DNA from: Dipteris shenzhenensis
Lineage: Eukaryota
Assembly (NCBI GenBank): GCA_047967505.1
Contig: CM106538.1
Reading direction: 5' to 3' (one strand)
DNA length: 64,000 nucleotides
Below the pieces are notes generated by a model. It did not search any database. It was given only the letters and a program-made list of their open reading frames with translations, and was not told the origin of the DNA. Each line of letters opens with the position of its first letter. Position 1 is the first letter of the stretch. The position numbers and the translations under genes are program-made. This document shows positions 1 through 13,620 of this stretch, in pieces.

Positions 1-667
1 CAAAAGAGCAGGAAGTCTAGATGAGCAAGGCCAAATAGGGATCTCACTCTCGCCCTCTTACTTTGCCACCATTCCCTTCTGATGCTACATTCAAGTCAGG
101 TAGTGAGTATCGAGAAGGCGACACAAATAGACTATAGTTTTAACATGTTAGTTTAGATGTGAGTTTTGGCAAAGGTGTTAGATAAGGAGATGCAGATGGA
201 GCAGATAGCAGAATCTACCGAGCCAATTTTGATGGTTGAGGGTCTCCCAAATGCTATGGCCACCATAGAAGTTTTGTAGCATTTTTTGAGTAGGGAGGAG
301 ATGCCCATCCGTTACAGGGTTTATCGGGTAGGGAGGAGATGCCCATCCATTACAAGGTTTATCTCAATAGCCTAAAGTAGATGAAGTGTTTACTACACCC
401 TCCATGCACCAAGAAATTTTGAATCCTGTACAACCTATTATCTCGGTCTATGACAAGGAAGTTTGGTATTTCAGCCATTTTGTGGAGGAACGTGCTCAAA
501 GGTAGCACAACATTTTCAAAACCAAACGCACGTTGATTCTCACCCAAGTACAACAATTTCCCAAACCTACTATGGTCGATTCTCCCATCTACTACATCAA
601 ACTTTTATGGGAACTCAAGCAACTAATTGGGAGTCATATAACATAATCCATATCCATACAACATAAT

Positions 668-1808
668 ATCCATGACTTGTGCATGGATTCAAGCATCATG
701 TGGTAGGAGTGGCGGTTTGCTAGGTGAAAAGATACCACACAAATTTTGAGACGTTGGGTATCGATGTTTCAAAGTTGCCGAGGCCTTCACACTATCCACC
801 ACTAGCTTACTAAACCCAAGCCACCACCTGTGGACATCAATAATATATATCCATGGCCACCAAGGGGGTGACATGGCCCTGATGGAATGTAATGCTCAGT
901 CCTTCTTCGATTCCCCAGAATCATCATCTTGAGGGAAGGCCTACTTCATGATGTTGATCTTGAGGGAAGGTGTTGAGAGTTCACACTCAACATCATGTGA
1001 TCATGTGTGCATAGCACCATCACGTGATCATATGTGCATAGCACTAACCTTATAGAGTGCTATAAAGGAAAGGGTTAGATCCCCTAACCCTAACCCTAAA
1101 AGGGTTTGTATATATTCTATTTTTTCAACTAATTCTAGTGTACAGTTAGTCATTTGTGGTGTGCTCTCTAGCTGTGCCCTCTCTCCTCATCTCCACTCTT
1201 CTCCTCTCCAATCTTCATATTTTGTCATGGTATCAGAGCTTCCTTGTCTTCTACTAAGACATTGAGTTTCTTGAGAGTGTGAGAGAGATTGTGAGATTGA
1301 GAGTTCTCTTGAGTGATTGTGAGATCCTTCCCTTCACTTCCGTTGAGAGAAAATTCCGTCCATTTGGTGAGATATTTCCGTTCATCTCCTTCAAGAGTTT
1401 GTGAAAGATTTTTGTTCTTCTACGAGAGAATTCTATTCTTGAGAGATTGAGAGATCTACGGTGAGAGAGAGTGTTCTGCTTCCTTTGTACTTGGAGTAAG
1501 AAAGGAAAGATAGGGAGTCTTATCTCTGCAAAGAACAAGTAAAGCTTTAGTGAGATCTCTCTTCGAAGAGAGAAGAGAAATCCAGATCTATGCGAGATTA
1601 TATCCATGACGTGTGCATGGATTTGGGCATCAAGTGGCAGGAGCAAGTCAGCTAGGTGAAAAGGTACCACACCAATTTTGAGATGCTGGGTATCGACGTT
1701 TCATCTAAAGAACCAGTCACCAAAGCTTGGACACTAGACTAGCTTACTAAACCTGGGTGACCAACTATGGACATCATTAATATACATCCCTTGGCCACCA
1801 AGGAGGTA
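668..1808 (+). repeat. ~200-bp diverged direct repeat (668-870 and ~1601-1808) on both sides of the LTR
   Basis: Shared blocks ATCCATGAC-TGTGCATGGATT, GCTAGGTGAAAAG-TACCACAC, ACTAGCTTACTAAACC, TGGACATCA and GGCCACCAAGG. Confidence 0.75.
971..1239 (+). mobile_element. Short LTR (971-1227, TG...CA) with tRNA-iMet PBS (1228-1239) and upstream PPT-like tract; TRIM/LARD-like remnant
   Basis: TGTTGAGAG at 971 and TTTGTCA ending 1227, followed by TGGTATCAGAGC. TGAGGGAAGG lies at 961-970, and there is a TATA-like TATAAA at ~1061. Confidence 0.7.
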
Positions 1809-2277
1809 GTATTTTGAACCACCATGATCCCCTCCTCGACCACCAACTACAAATAAAGCTTGGGCATCTCGATAGCCTATTCATCCCTGACCTCCCACCC
1901 GACAAAGGTGTCAATGACCACACCAGTTCAATCCTCGCATCCACATTCAAGCAATGTCTAGTCCATAGCAGTCCGTGAGGACATGGGCAAGGATAGTCGA
2001 GGCGAGATGTTAGCCCCAAGTTAGGCTGACTGGTATGTGGTCATTAAGCGTCGACCTCGATTAGGATCAAGTAGTGATGGAGCTAGTTGAGCACCCATTT
2101 TGGAGCAAAAGGTGCAGTTGATCACGGCAAGTCAACCAATAGGCGGGTAGCGGTTGGCGCACCAAGCACACACTCAAATAGAAGGTGGTTCTTTAGGTAG
2201 AAATTGAGTTTTAATAGGAAAAAAAGAGTAGTTTGCTAAGTGCTCTTCCTTTGATCTGAACTGTGAGGATAGGGAGT

Positions 2278-2539
2278 ACTCTCTTTCGTTCAACTTTTAG
2301 TGTCATGCTCTATTGTCTAAGTGTGGAGTGGGTAATAATTGAGTGTTCTAATGTCATCATACAATTCTCCTCCATTAGCTAACCTTGACCTCCGAGTGTT
2401 TTATTTGTTGGCATTGTTTTGCACATAAGAACGCTCACCTTAGGACTGCAAGAGCAAGCATCTTCACTCAGCACCACACCAGGTTGGGAAATAGACTAAT
2501 CACTTCTAAGATAGCTGGGTGAGATTTCAAAACTGTCAA

Positions 2540-2582
<43 letters not shown>

Positions 2583-2655
2583 ACTCCTTGCATGAGGTAT
2601 CTATTGCCTTTGTGGAGAATAGGTTAGGTCAAAAGAAATCCCAAATTAAGGCTCA
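2278..2655. repeat. Dispersed repeat with (GA)n microsatellite (2544-2578); inverted copy at ~47558-48160
   Basis: CATCATACAATTCTCCTCCATTAGCTAACC, CTCACCTTAGGACTGCAAGA and GGTTGGGAAATAGACT occur reverse-complemented at 47.9-48.1 kb. Confidence 0.8.
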
Positions 2656-2804
2656 CTCCCCTCAATCCTAGACTACGTGTGCTTGCATATTCAACCTCCA
2701 ACTCTAAGTGAACTTGATACTTGTTGGAGACATCCTCGAATGGTGCCATGACTAAAGGAGTATAGAGAAGGAGAAGCTATGGAGATGCAGGCTTGAAGGA
2801 GCAA

Positions 2805-3292
2805 CACATAGGAAGAGGGAGGGCGAGGAGGAGGAGGGATGGGGGAGGGAGGACCAGTAGTTGAAGAGGAGGAAAGGAGGACAGACCAGCAGTTGTGGAG
2901 GGTCAAGAGAGTAGGCATGGAGGGAGGGAGGAGGGAGTAGCAGGAGGGAGGGGGGAGGAGGAGCAGCAGTGGAGGAGCAGGGAGGGGGAGGGGAGGAGGA
3001 GCAGGCATGGAGGAGGGAGGGAGGAGGAGGGCAAGAGGAGCATGCATGGAGGAGGGAGGGAGGGAGGGGGAGGAGGAGGAAGGGGGAGGAGGGAGTCAGG
3101 GGGAGGAGGAGGAAGGGGGAGGGCAAGAGGAGCAGGCATGGAGGGGGAGGGGGAGGGGAGGAGAGGGGAGGGGGAGGAGGGAGGAAGGGAAGGGGAGGAG
3201 GAGGGAGGGGGAGGAGGGAGTGAGGAGGGGGAGTGAGGGAGGGGGAGGGAGGAGGGGGAGGGAGGGAGGGAGAAGAGAGAAGGAGGGAGGGA
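2805..3292 (+). repeat. Polypurine G-rich low-complexity tract (G-quadruplex/triplex-prone)
   Basis: Almost only G/A, with many G3-G5 runs and a recurring GAGCAGGCATGGAGG motif. Confidence 0.85.
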
Positions 3293-3488
3293 ATTCAAAA
3301 TTTGAATTTTGAATTTTGAATTTTTTGGTTCCCACCTAGGAGTAAGAGTTGTGTAAGAGGTGTAAGAGGTGGGGTCTAACCCACATAGGTGAGGCGGGGT
3401 TAGGAATTTTTGGGACCTACCTTGGCCCTTTCATTAGAACTAATCCATTTCTTAATCCATTTCTTATGAGGCCCTTTTGAGACCCCAA

Positions 3489-3670
3489 TTGCCAATCTCT
3501 TTGGTGCCTTGATCTTTGGATTGGCCATGGAGTCTGGAGAGAGTGTGCAAGAGAAAGGGTCAGGGTGCATGAGAAAGGGTGGAAATGTCAGGGTAAAGTG
3601 CAGTTGGTGTGGGAGTAGAGAGCTCTTCAAACAATGAAATGAAAATGAGGGCCTATTCTTTTATATATGT
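3489..3670 (-). pseudogene. 5' fragment (promoter, UTR, first ~13 codons MANPKIKAPKRLA) of the H3-like gene family B
   Basis: Close match to 14082-14262 (MASPKIKAPKRLA). ATG at 3528; truncated at ~3489 by a TIR end. Confidence 0.7.
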
Positions 3671-4155
3671 GTATGATGTGCTCCTAGAACACCTTGCATC
3701 CCATCCGCTTTTTACAGATGTCCTTTCTATTTGGAGAAACTCACCTATTTTTGTGCCAATACGTTGTCACTATAGCAATGACTACTGCACTTAAGCTATC
3801 TCTCCTAAATTTCTTGCATTCTATTGAAGCCCACAGACTCAGACTTCTCGAATTGGGATGATTGTGCATTCCTTCTGCTCTACGTTCAACTGATGGAGCC
3901 ACGTTGGTCCTTATGATTGATAACATCTTTGACATTGTGCGCCTAAGCCATTTCTCCTTTGTTTCAGGGGACACCAACATAGCTAATGTCACCCTCTTTG
4001 CAGCTAGATGATCTAATCTGTGCAGCCCTTTCACTTTTTGTAGAGGTGAGCATCGCCTCTTGGGCGTGCATCTCCCGAGGTGTTGGTAGGGTTATTACTC
4101 TATGAACTTTAGGGTGCAAGGTAAAGCTTGTGAAGACTCAAGGCTGGTAATCACC

Positions 4156-5285
4156 TGAATGGCCTGATGTTGCTGCCTCGAATGCTCCCACCAATCATCA
4201 CACCGTGTAGCTTGTGTTCTTCGCTCCAATGGCAATGATCAAATGCGTACATCGACAACCGCTTTCTACTGTTGCCGCTCTGCAAGTATTCTTCTTTCTT
4301 CTCATTGTTTCTCCCTTTGCAAATGTTGCAAAAGTGTCTTCTATTGCCGTTGTGATATCGTGCCAGTGCTTTCCTCAACTCGCAATATGTTTCTTGTGCC
4401 TTGACCTGGCTTTTTAGCTTTCCTGTCTCATAGCCTTTGTTTGCTTCTCTTGCAAGCCATGGTGAACTACATGTTGCCATTGAGGCCATGGCCATGATCA
4501 GTCTAGAATAGACCTAGAAAAGCTAGCTGGTGAGGCAAGCAAAGAGGCAGGTTGCAGGTACTTAATCTTCCAAGATTTGATGGGCGGGCATTGTGAAAAT
4601 TCAAAATTCATAGGAGTAGAAAAAGTTTTAGCCGTCAATTTTTTCCTCTCCAGCGATACACGTCAGCAGAATTAGATAACCCAAACAAGTGTAATGTGGC
4701 CTAAAATGCTTCAAAACACAAATAGGCCAAAGGGCATGCTATTGGGTTTGATTATCTATATTATGAAATGCAATGACCTTTGGCATGCTTATGAGCCATA
4801 TAGCATGCAAGTGCATGGAAAAAGAAACAATAGTGTTGGATTTATTAAAAGATCTTTGCACATGCATAAATTGCACTTTTTCAACTTCTTCCATTTTAGG
4901 GCAAATCTAGATACCAATACCAATAACTATCAATGTTTTAAGACCACCATGCAGTGTTCCCACTAGTTTGAATTCCAAATTTTCAATCCATTTTGGTTTT
5001 TAATAAATCAAAAAAACGTTATGGAGCGTACTCTTAAATGGGTATGCATCACTTTAGCACAACATTGGAGGCCCGTTAATCCATGCCTAATGTTCTCATT
5101 AATTAGGTGTGTCCTTGGGTTAAGGAGAAGCTCACATAGCATAGTTTTGAATGATTACTTGGTTACATGTATGTATAGAACAAAATCTTGATGTTTTTGA
5201 ATAAATTGCTATATCCTAAAGTCTTTATGATGACATGCAACATAGCACTTGTAATGCTTTAACGGTCTCATTCCAAATCCTTATT
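4156..5285 (-). repeat. ~1.1-kb dispersed repeat with degenerate ORF (…RHFCNICKGRNN…); inverted copy at ~45557-46781
   Basis: ORFs 4151..4495(-) and 46440..46700(+) are clear homologues, and the flanking non-coding DNA also matches. Confidence 0.8.
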
Positions 5286-6119
5286 CCATAAATTTTGTGA
5301 CTCATGTTCAAGTTTAAAATGTGTACTACAACTTGAAGACAAAGTTTGTCAAATTCCATTGAGCAATGCATAAGTTATGGCTCATGCAAGATACTTATAT
5401 GTAAGAAATTCTATGAATCTCACCAAAAATGGCTACACCTGAGCAAACAATGACTAGATTCTAGGGGCTGCCTACCCATAATCCTATTTTGTAATGAGAT
5501 GCATAAAAAGACACTACAAATATGCCTATTAATGTTGAGGTACTCATGGACAAAGAAAGTGAAGAAAGAAGGCTATCTATAATTAAATTGACAAAAGTGA
5601 AGTTGTTCATAAAAAGCTAGATGATTATATTCAATTGTAAAAACAAAGGTAAAGTAAGGAAGTATGTGTCTCACTACTATACGCGGGTCCTATTTAGACG
5701 CTGAAGGACCCAACGATTAGCATGCACGGGGTGCTAATCATTCGGTAATTAAAGCGGGATTCGTTAAGGGTCGTTATATAGTGACTTTAGGCAAACGTTG
5801 CTATATAGCGATGTTTAAAGAGTGTCTCTATATAGCGACCTTTATTAGATTGTAAATGGTCGCTATATAGCGACATTTTTTAGACTTGTGAATGGTCGCT
5901 ATATAGCAACACTGAGATAGTTTCCTATAGCGACATTTTACAGAGAGTGTTTTTTCTCATATTGATCTTAAAAGATAGTTTTTCCCAATGACAAATTTTT
6001 TTTCCTTTTCATACATGTTTGATCCTTTGAGAGAATAAAAGTACAAGAGCATGTACATCAAGCCTTTGAAGCTCATATATTCATGTCTAAGTTTGAGATG
6101 AAAAAAATCAATGAAGAGC

Positions 6120-9100
6120 ATTTACATCAATCGCTTCATCTTGAGCCAAGTCTAATGCGCCAACAAGTCTATCTCTAACTCTATACCGAGTTGATCTCCT
6201 ATATCATCATTGTACTCTAGCATCATATGTTCACCTAAGAGTACTTAATCATCTTCTTCAATAAAGTGTGGTGATTCAAGATTGATGATCGTCATCTTCT
6301 TCCTCAATATCGTGATCTCCATCTTCCTCCCGTACGATGTCATTATGCGCATCTTCCTCTTGGCTCATATTGTGATCTTCATCTTCTTCTCACTAGATCC
6401 ATCTGGATCAATTGGATCTGGCATTGGTAGTGGCATCTCCATATCCACATCTCTATCTTCAAAAATTTGCTTACTTCATGGTGCAACTTGGGTCACATAC
6501 CACCATCTTGGATATGAAGATGGGTGCCAAATGCCATCAATTACATATATGAAATTATGCTTAAGTACATGTATCAATGGATCTTTAAAAATGAAAGCTT
6601 CGATTAATTAAATCATTAGTATGCACCTGCTCACAATGCTCGGGAAGAATAAAAGTATCACTTTCATCCGTCCAAAGTTTGGTGGAGTCTATTGCAAAGA
6701 AACTACTACTATCTTTTCTCACTGTCGCATGGGGACCGTTGTAAATATTATAAACCATTTTACATCAAAAATGAAAAAACTAAATCGTCTAAAATCAATT
6801 TCATAGATTTTGCGTATGGTTCCACAATAATCCAACTGTGAGGAGAAAGACTGGTATCCAAAGCACTTGCTCAGCTATCTTGTGTGAAGTTAGCCATAAC
6901 TCCACGATCATACGTGACTCTCTTTGAACCAATGCGTTCCATGCAAAAATGTCGTCCATATAACCATAATGCATTGTACTTTTTGTACTGCAACAGAGCA
7001 TCATTAAAACAATGAAGATGCATCTATTTTATAGCGTATATTGCCATAAATAATTACTTAATTACATCAAGAGGTAAGAAACTTACATGCATCATACATC
7101 CAGATAATAACTCTCGCTCACGCTCGTTTATTGTCTCTCCATCACATTTGGCTTTAGGTAGAGCCAGTTATAGCTAATTAGTGACATGTGAGTGGGGAGA
7201 AGAGTGAGATCCCATGGATATGATTGCGATCGCCTGCACATTACTCCAAATCTCGTCCTTGCATTTATTCTTTTTGCTTTGGCCGCTTCATATCTCTCGA
7301 TCCTCTTCTGCATCTCCTTGCTATTGAGGATACAAAACTTATTGAATTTCTCCATTTTCTCTTTGCTCATCTTTCTTTCAATCTCCTTTCCTTAGGGAAC
7401 CTTTCCAACAATGCGATCATCATCCTTGTTATGCCAAGCTTCTGGCATATCGGGATCCGTGGATACAAGAAACTCCATGATATATACTAATGACTCTTGC
7501 ACAAGCCATCCCTCTTTCATGCTTGATTCTAGTCTTGCTCTTTGTCTTACAAATCCCTTCAAAGTTTTCATAAACTGCTCGAGAAAAAACATCCACGACC
7601 AAGAATGCTACCTGCAATGGCCACCTCATCAACTATGTGCACAAGCAAGTGCACTTGAGTTGTCATAATCCTCGAGGGAAAGTGCTTCTCGAGCAAGCTT
7701 ATGGCTTCGATGGATTCCACCCTAGCCTTCTCGATGCTCAATATGGAGATCTCTTTTTGAGATATCCACCTATTTCACATGCCCATGTAAGATATTTTCA
7801 TAATCAGTCTACATATTATTTAGATTAAATTGAAGAAAATGCAATCAATGCGATTTGATAGTATAAGCATACCTCACAATACCACTGATCTTGAATATAG
7901 CATTTCTAACATCTTCTTATAAGCACCCTTTTATTATAATTGGGAGGATGAACTATCAATGCAACAAAGAAGTCATGTCACTAATATAACATACTCATAA
8001 TTACACTAACGCATCACGATTATTGGTACACTAATCCTATAGCTTAGAATACCTATAAGACCTTGTGCCAATCATGGGACTTGATCCCTCGGGGGGGGTC
8101 ACTCATCATATGTAACCCTATCACATGAGTTCAACAGAAGGATTTTTTTTATTTCTAAAATTTACAGAAATAAATATACATAAGGGACTATTTAAAATAG
8201 TTTTGGGAAAATTTTACAGATTTGTATAGAAAAGGGGTACATTTTATTAATGAAATTTTTTACAGATAAGGGACTTTAAATATAGGCCTTGAACGCACGT
8301 GATATAGACGGTTTATACATAGTGACCCCCCCGAGCTTGAGCCCACTAAGCTTATTGTCCTTTGAAAATGCTCCTTTCAAGCAACGCATGTACCCTGTGG
8401 GTGTTTGAAAAGAGGCAAAGTCTACCTTGACCACTACCTCCTCTCTCATGGAGAGGATCCATGTTGCTTTCGGGAAGATAACTTTTCATGAAGCACGCAC
8501 TTGGGGCCATAAATGAGACATCCTATTCATTGCACGCAAGTCTTCTCGCACTCCTCTCGAGTCTTTGGAACCAACCAAGTGTGCCCAAATAGTAGCCCCC
8601 ACATTCTTGAAGATATGCATGGGATACAAGAGATGATTTATTTGTAACTGACCCCAATAAGGAAGCTCATGAAAGATCGATAGCCTCTTCATACCACGAG
8701 GAGGTTCCTCTCCATTTGACCTCCAAGCCTGAATCCAGTTACTTGCCTTCAAATATGGTGGTGGTGGATCAAGATGACCTCCATGCACGAGATGGTCTAG
8801 TGGAAGGTATCGAGCATGACCTTCATAAACATTTTTTGTCATATGTTTGCAGTATCGTGCAAGCGATTTCAAACCCGGTCCACAAATAGGACAAGCATGG
8901 TATCCACTTGTAACAAGCCTTGCACGCATGCATGAATGTGTTAGTATAAGGCATGCGTGCGAAAGAGAGTCATAAAAGAATAATCCTATATTATACATGT
9001 AAAAACGCAACCATGTACTTGTGCACTCTCCATATCCTGGGTAGTCATGCATGGTCCACATTAAGATACCCCTGACCAAAATACCATTGGTATGTCTAGG

Positions 9101-10675
9101 AGCTCTGGAAATATCAAAGACCCCCACTCCTCTCCATAAGATCTGTAACTTCTCTATCAAAGGTGCCATGTACATGTCCAGATTTTTGGCCTTGTACTTC
9201 CCTAGCACAAGTAGTGCAAGCATGAGGTGTCCTTTCTTTATTTTGTTAGCCATGGTGGGATATTGTAATTCACCAAGACTATGGGCCATGTCGACCAAGA
9301 TGTCAAGCGTAACCTAAAAGGATTCACGCCATCCATGGCGAGCCCAAGATGTAAGTTGCATGGCTCCCTCTCGCAAAGTCCGGCCATTTATTGTCTATGT
9401 GCTTCCAAGCTGCACAATCCGCGGGAATCCTCAATGTGTCATCAGTGGACCGATGAGATGCATGCCAAGTCATAAATTCTGCTATGGATTTGCATCGAAA
9501 CATGTGCTATATTCTTGCAATGATGGCAAAGTGTCTCAAGACCTTTACTGGTATCTGCTCACCCTGCAAGTCATCTCTATATTGTTGTTCCCCACACTTC
9601 GGACAACTAGCCAAATCTCCATTCTCACTATGAAATAGAATACAATCATTACGGAAGGCATGGATGGTATCATAATCCATACCCACCGTCGTTAGTATCT
9701 TCTTCGCTTCATCTCTTGATGTGGGCATGGTATTTGGTGCAGGCAACATCTTCTGGAGCAACCTATTACAATTCAAACATACATAGGCTTTGAATAATGA
9801 TGATCCTCAAAGCAACAAAGAAGTAATGTCACTAATCCTATAGCTTAGAATACCTGTAAGACATTGAGCAAGCTTAGAATCCTACAGCTTGACATTAAGC
9901 AAACATTTACAGACTCCTGCATTCTTTGAATTAGAGTGACAAGAGTATATATTTGTTTGCTCAATGGTAGGCTTCAAACATACATAGGCTTCAAATAATG
10001 ATGATTCTCAAACATATATGATGATTCTTAAAACAAACAATATCCAAATAATGAGTCAAATTAATGCGGGAGCTAACCTCATTAAGGCCGAGACACTTGT
10101 ATCCGACCACCCATAGTTTGCTTGTAGATTCAAGATTGAGAGATAAGCCCATAGTTTAGACATCCTAGCACCCTCGTACAAATGTGTTGATTGCAACTCT
10201 CGCATATTAATCTCAGACTTTGACATCACATGTACATGTGATGTAGTGCCCCTGAAAATAGAATTTATCATGTCCACCATACCCTCATCATCATCTGGCA
10301 CATTCGGGAGACTATAGTCTTGCTCAAAGTGTGAAGGTATATGTGCACCCTTGCCACCCTCCTCATCTTGTCTCAAGATTTTGTGTAAATATAAGATCTT
10401 GTCTCAAGGTTTCATGTCATAATGGTATCCAATATTAATCACAAACTCAAATAGCATTGACTTACTGATGATCCATTACCACGTGCAACACCGATGGTGG
10501 GTACTAGTTCGGGCTCCTTCCCATACATTCGCAAGTGGTGAATGACAATATGACGTCGATGTCGTACTTCTCGCTTGCAATGAGTGCAATGACAATACAA
10601 CCTCTTCATAAGCCACTCTGCGCTCCCGAGCATTGGCGCATCATCTGCTGACGAGCTTCCACTCATCCCTTCCAT
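6120..10675 (-). pseudogene. CACTA TnpD-type transposase, multi-exon, disrupted (Transpos_assoc, Transposase_21, DUF4218/DUF4216-like regions)
   Basis: Motifs LYCHCTHCK, YDTIHA..NDCILF..CPKCG, LMWTMHDYPGY, GYHACPIC, HLLYPMHIFKNV, KLSGLKSHD (split by a MITE) and MFFLEQFMKTLKGFVRQRARLESSM. Confidence 0.9.
8088..8335 (+). mobile_element. 248-bp MITE of the P-like family
   Basis: TIR CTCGGGGGGGGTCACT...AGTGACCCCCCCGAG. The 8-bp TSD is CTTGATCC/CTTGAGCC (1 mismatch), and removal restores the KLSGLKSHD codons. Confidence 0.92.
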
Positions 10676-11420
10676 CTACACACTTTTAAAATCACAACAT
10701 GAGTTGCAAGGAAATCTATTAAGACCCAAAAAATAGCCATCCATGAGCCCCTTTTCTCTCTTCTGACAATAGTGCCCTGAACCGTCGCTATATAGCGATG
10801 CTTTGCCCTATTTCGTCGCTATATAGCGATGCTTTTTGGATATAAACATCACTATACGACTGACCAGTGTCGCTATATAGCAATGCTAGGCGCTTAAACC
10901 CAAAACTGTGTGCGATGCTTTCTTTCACATCTCTATTGCGAGAAAAGCAAAAATTTCTCCTCCCATCTTATATTCGACGACCTCACTTTCCTCCTCTCTA
11001 TTCCCCACTCTTCACCCCTACCTAGCCCCTCTCTAAACACTTGTGCTCCCTCTCCACCCTTCTCCCTCTCTACTTGTGTGAAAGGAAGTTTTTCAAGAAG
11101 GTGAGTCTCTTTAAGCAATGTAGGTTCATTTTTTGTGAGATTTCATTTTGTGAGTGTTGAAGCATGTTTCTCCTTGTATTGCTAAGGCTATGTGCTAATT
11201 TTCATGCTTGATTTTAAGAGGTTAAGGACAAAAAACGAGATTTGGTGAAAGAAAGAGGACTCACCTCTTCTCTTTTTAGTATTTCTCTTCCTCCTCTTTC
11301 TCCTTGTTTGTAGGCTTATGATTTCTCCTTGCTTGTAGCCTTATGCTTGTCTCCTCAATCCAATCCCTTTGAGAAGTTGCTTCTCTAAACTCCTCCTTCC
11401 TCTAACTAGTTATTTGAAAA

Positions 11421-13620
11421 ATGGTAGGTTTCCTCGCTTTTGTAGGGCCAGTCCACGAAACACCGAGCGGGACTTTTCCAGGTAAGAAAGTGCTTCCTCT
11501 TTTTTCCTTTTGTTATTTTCGTTATTTGCATTGCCTTGCAGCTAGTGCCTTATGCGCTAGCTGCAATGATGGGCGTAGGAACCCTCTCTTCCCCTCTCTT
11601 CTCTTATTCCCTCTTCTTCCCCTCTTTTCCTCTTTTCCTCTCTCTTTCCCCCCCTCTTTCCCTCATATGCTCATGCATAAGCATAAGCATAATATTTCTC
11701 TCTTCCTTCTCTTATTTTTACTCTCTTTTTCTCCTCTTTTCATAAGCATATGTATTTGCCTATGCTTATGCTTATGCATGAGCATATGCTCATATGCTCA
11801 TGCATAAGCACAAGCTTATGCTTTCTCTCTTTTTCCCTTATGCTCATATGCTCATGCATAAGCATAAGCATAAGCATATGCTTTCTTTCTTTTTCCCTTA
11901 TGCTTATGCTATTTTTCCCTCTTCCTTCTCTTATGGTTATGCTTTTTTCCTCTCTTCTTTTTCCCATCTTCCTTCTTCTCTTTTTCCCTCTTCTTTTTCC
12001 CCTCTTTCAATCTCTTTTTCTCTCTTCTTTTTTCCCCTCTTTCAATCTCTTTTTCCCCCCTTTCCTTCTCTTCTTTTTCCCCTCTTTCAATCTCTTTTTC
12101 CCTCCTTTCCTTCTCTTCTTTTTCCCCTCTTTCAATCTCTTCTCCCCTCTTCCTTCTCTTCTTTTCCCCTCTTCTTTTTCCCCTCTTTCAATCTCTTTTC
12201 CCCTCTTCCTTCTCTTTTCCCCTCTTCTTTTTTCCCCTCTTTCAATCTCTTTTTCCCTCCTTTCCTTCTCTTCTTTTCCCCCTCTTTCAATCTCTTTTCC
12301 CCTCTTCAATCTCTTATGCTTATGCTCTTTTCCCCTCTTCTTTTTCCCCTCTTCCTTCTCTTCTTTTCCCCTCTTCTTTTTCCCCTCTTTCATGAGCATA
12401 TGTTTTTCTTCTCTTATACTTATGATCATGCATGAGCATATGTCTCCTTCTCCTTCTCGTTCTCCTTTCCTTCTCTTCTTTTTCCCTCTCTTTTTCTCTT
12501 CTTTTCATAAGCATATGCCTATGCCTATGCCTACGCTTATGCTTATGCTTATGCATGAGCATATGCTCATATGCTTATGCATATGCATAAGCATAAGCAT
12601 ATGTTTTCTCTCTTTTTCTCTTATGCATATGCTTTCTCTCTTTTTTCTCTTATGCATATTTGGTTCTTTTCCCCTCTTTCAATCTCTTTTTCCCTTTTCT
12701 TTCTCTTCTTTTCCCCTCTCTTTCTCTTATGCTTCTCCTTCTCTTTTGCTTCTTATGCTTTCCCTCATATGCTTTCCACTTCTTACCCGCTCTTGTTTTT
12801 TGTTTTTTGTTTTTGTTTTTGTGTTTTTGTCTACCTTTGTCCAATCCCCCCAAATTAGACATGGGATCACATTGAACGTCCGACAAGTACAAAAACCCTC
12901 GTAGGAGGAGACATCATGATCTCTATTCTTCAGAGGACTTTGATTCCACTCAGGCAACACCTCAAGGGCCTACCCCTATGACCACCCCTAGCCCGATTCC
13001 TCTCGGGCATAGCACTACGACTACCCCTCAGAAACTCCTTTGCTAGCAGCCCATGGCTTTGTTGGGAGTCCCGATGAGTTTATTGCACAAATGAGCGATG
13101 AGGTAGCGAGATTCTTCTCTCTGGTATCCTAGAGGACCTCAACAATTCCCTCTCCTACACCGATGGATGGACCTACTATCCAACCATCCCCTCTAGCTGC
13201 TTCGACTAAGGGATCATCACCTGGGCATGCCCATTATAAGAGAAGGAAGAGTAGGAGGGGTCGCTTATGTTATGCTGACTTGGGAGATGTACATGAGTAA
13301 GCACACTCACATCCCTACAGGTCTCCACTTGGTCCCGAGACCCAGTACTAGTCAAGTCCCTTGCCCTCTCCTACTCCCACTGCTACTCCTTGCTCCAGAA
13401 GTGCTCGCACAAGCACCACTCGCTCTGAGTCTGCCACTACCATGAGTCCTCCTTACCCGATCGAGGACCTATCCTATCAAATCATGACTGCTTCAGAGAT
13501 AGCAGAAGATAAAAAGGGCACAGTAGTGATGGCCATTATGAGGCGGTTGATGAGCCACCATTTGAGTGACATAACTAATGATTGGCAGTACCAAGATGAC
13601 CAAAAGAAGCAGGCCCTGCC
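11421..13620 (+). pseudogene. Putative CACTA accessory ORF (TnpA-like), divergently oriented, truncated
   Basis: Donor CAG/GTAAG at ~11480. Pro/Ser/Thr-rich coding follows, then …LSDITNDWQYQDDQKKQAL, resembling the W-x-K block of TnpA-like proteins. Weak similarity only. Confidence 0.4.
11580..12830 (+). repeat. Pyrimidine-rich low-complexity minisatellite region (TTTTCCCCTCTTTCAATCTC and ATGCTT/AAGCAT iterations), probably intronic
   Basis: Directly visible tandem iterations. Confidence 0.9.

Larger units (their letters stand above)
5672..13620. mobile_element. CACTA (En/Spm) transposon, truncated on the right
   Basis: CACTACTATA terminus at 5672. Palindromic GTCGCTATATAGCGAC repeats at ~5770-5935 and ~10784-10885, plus transposase motifs. 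Confidence 0.8.

Noticed and set aside
1071-1100. Telomere or interstitial telomeric array
   Set aside because: Only about three CCCTAA units inside an LTR; telobox-scale.
2691-3335. Pro-rich and Gly/Glu-rich ORFs in several frames
   Set aside because: Artefacts of a stop-poor G/A low-complexity tract.
3741-4034. 97-aa ORF upstream of the H3 fragment as another transposase C-terminus
   Set aside because: No recognisable similarity to copies A or B or to any family I can identify.
5770-5935. CRISPR-like spaced palindromic repeats
   Set aside because: Irregular short spacers, eukaryotic context and no cas genes; these are CACTA subterminal repeats.
11421-12960. 384-aa Phe/Ser/Leu-rich 'membrane protein' ORF and overlapping ORFs
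   Set aside because: Translation of CT-rich minisatellites.
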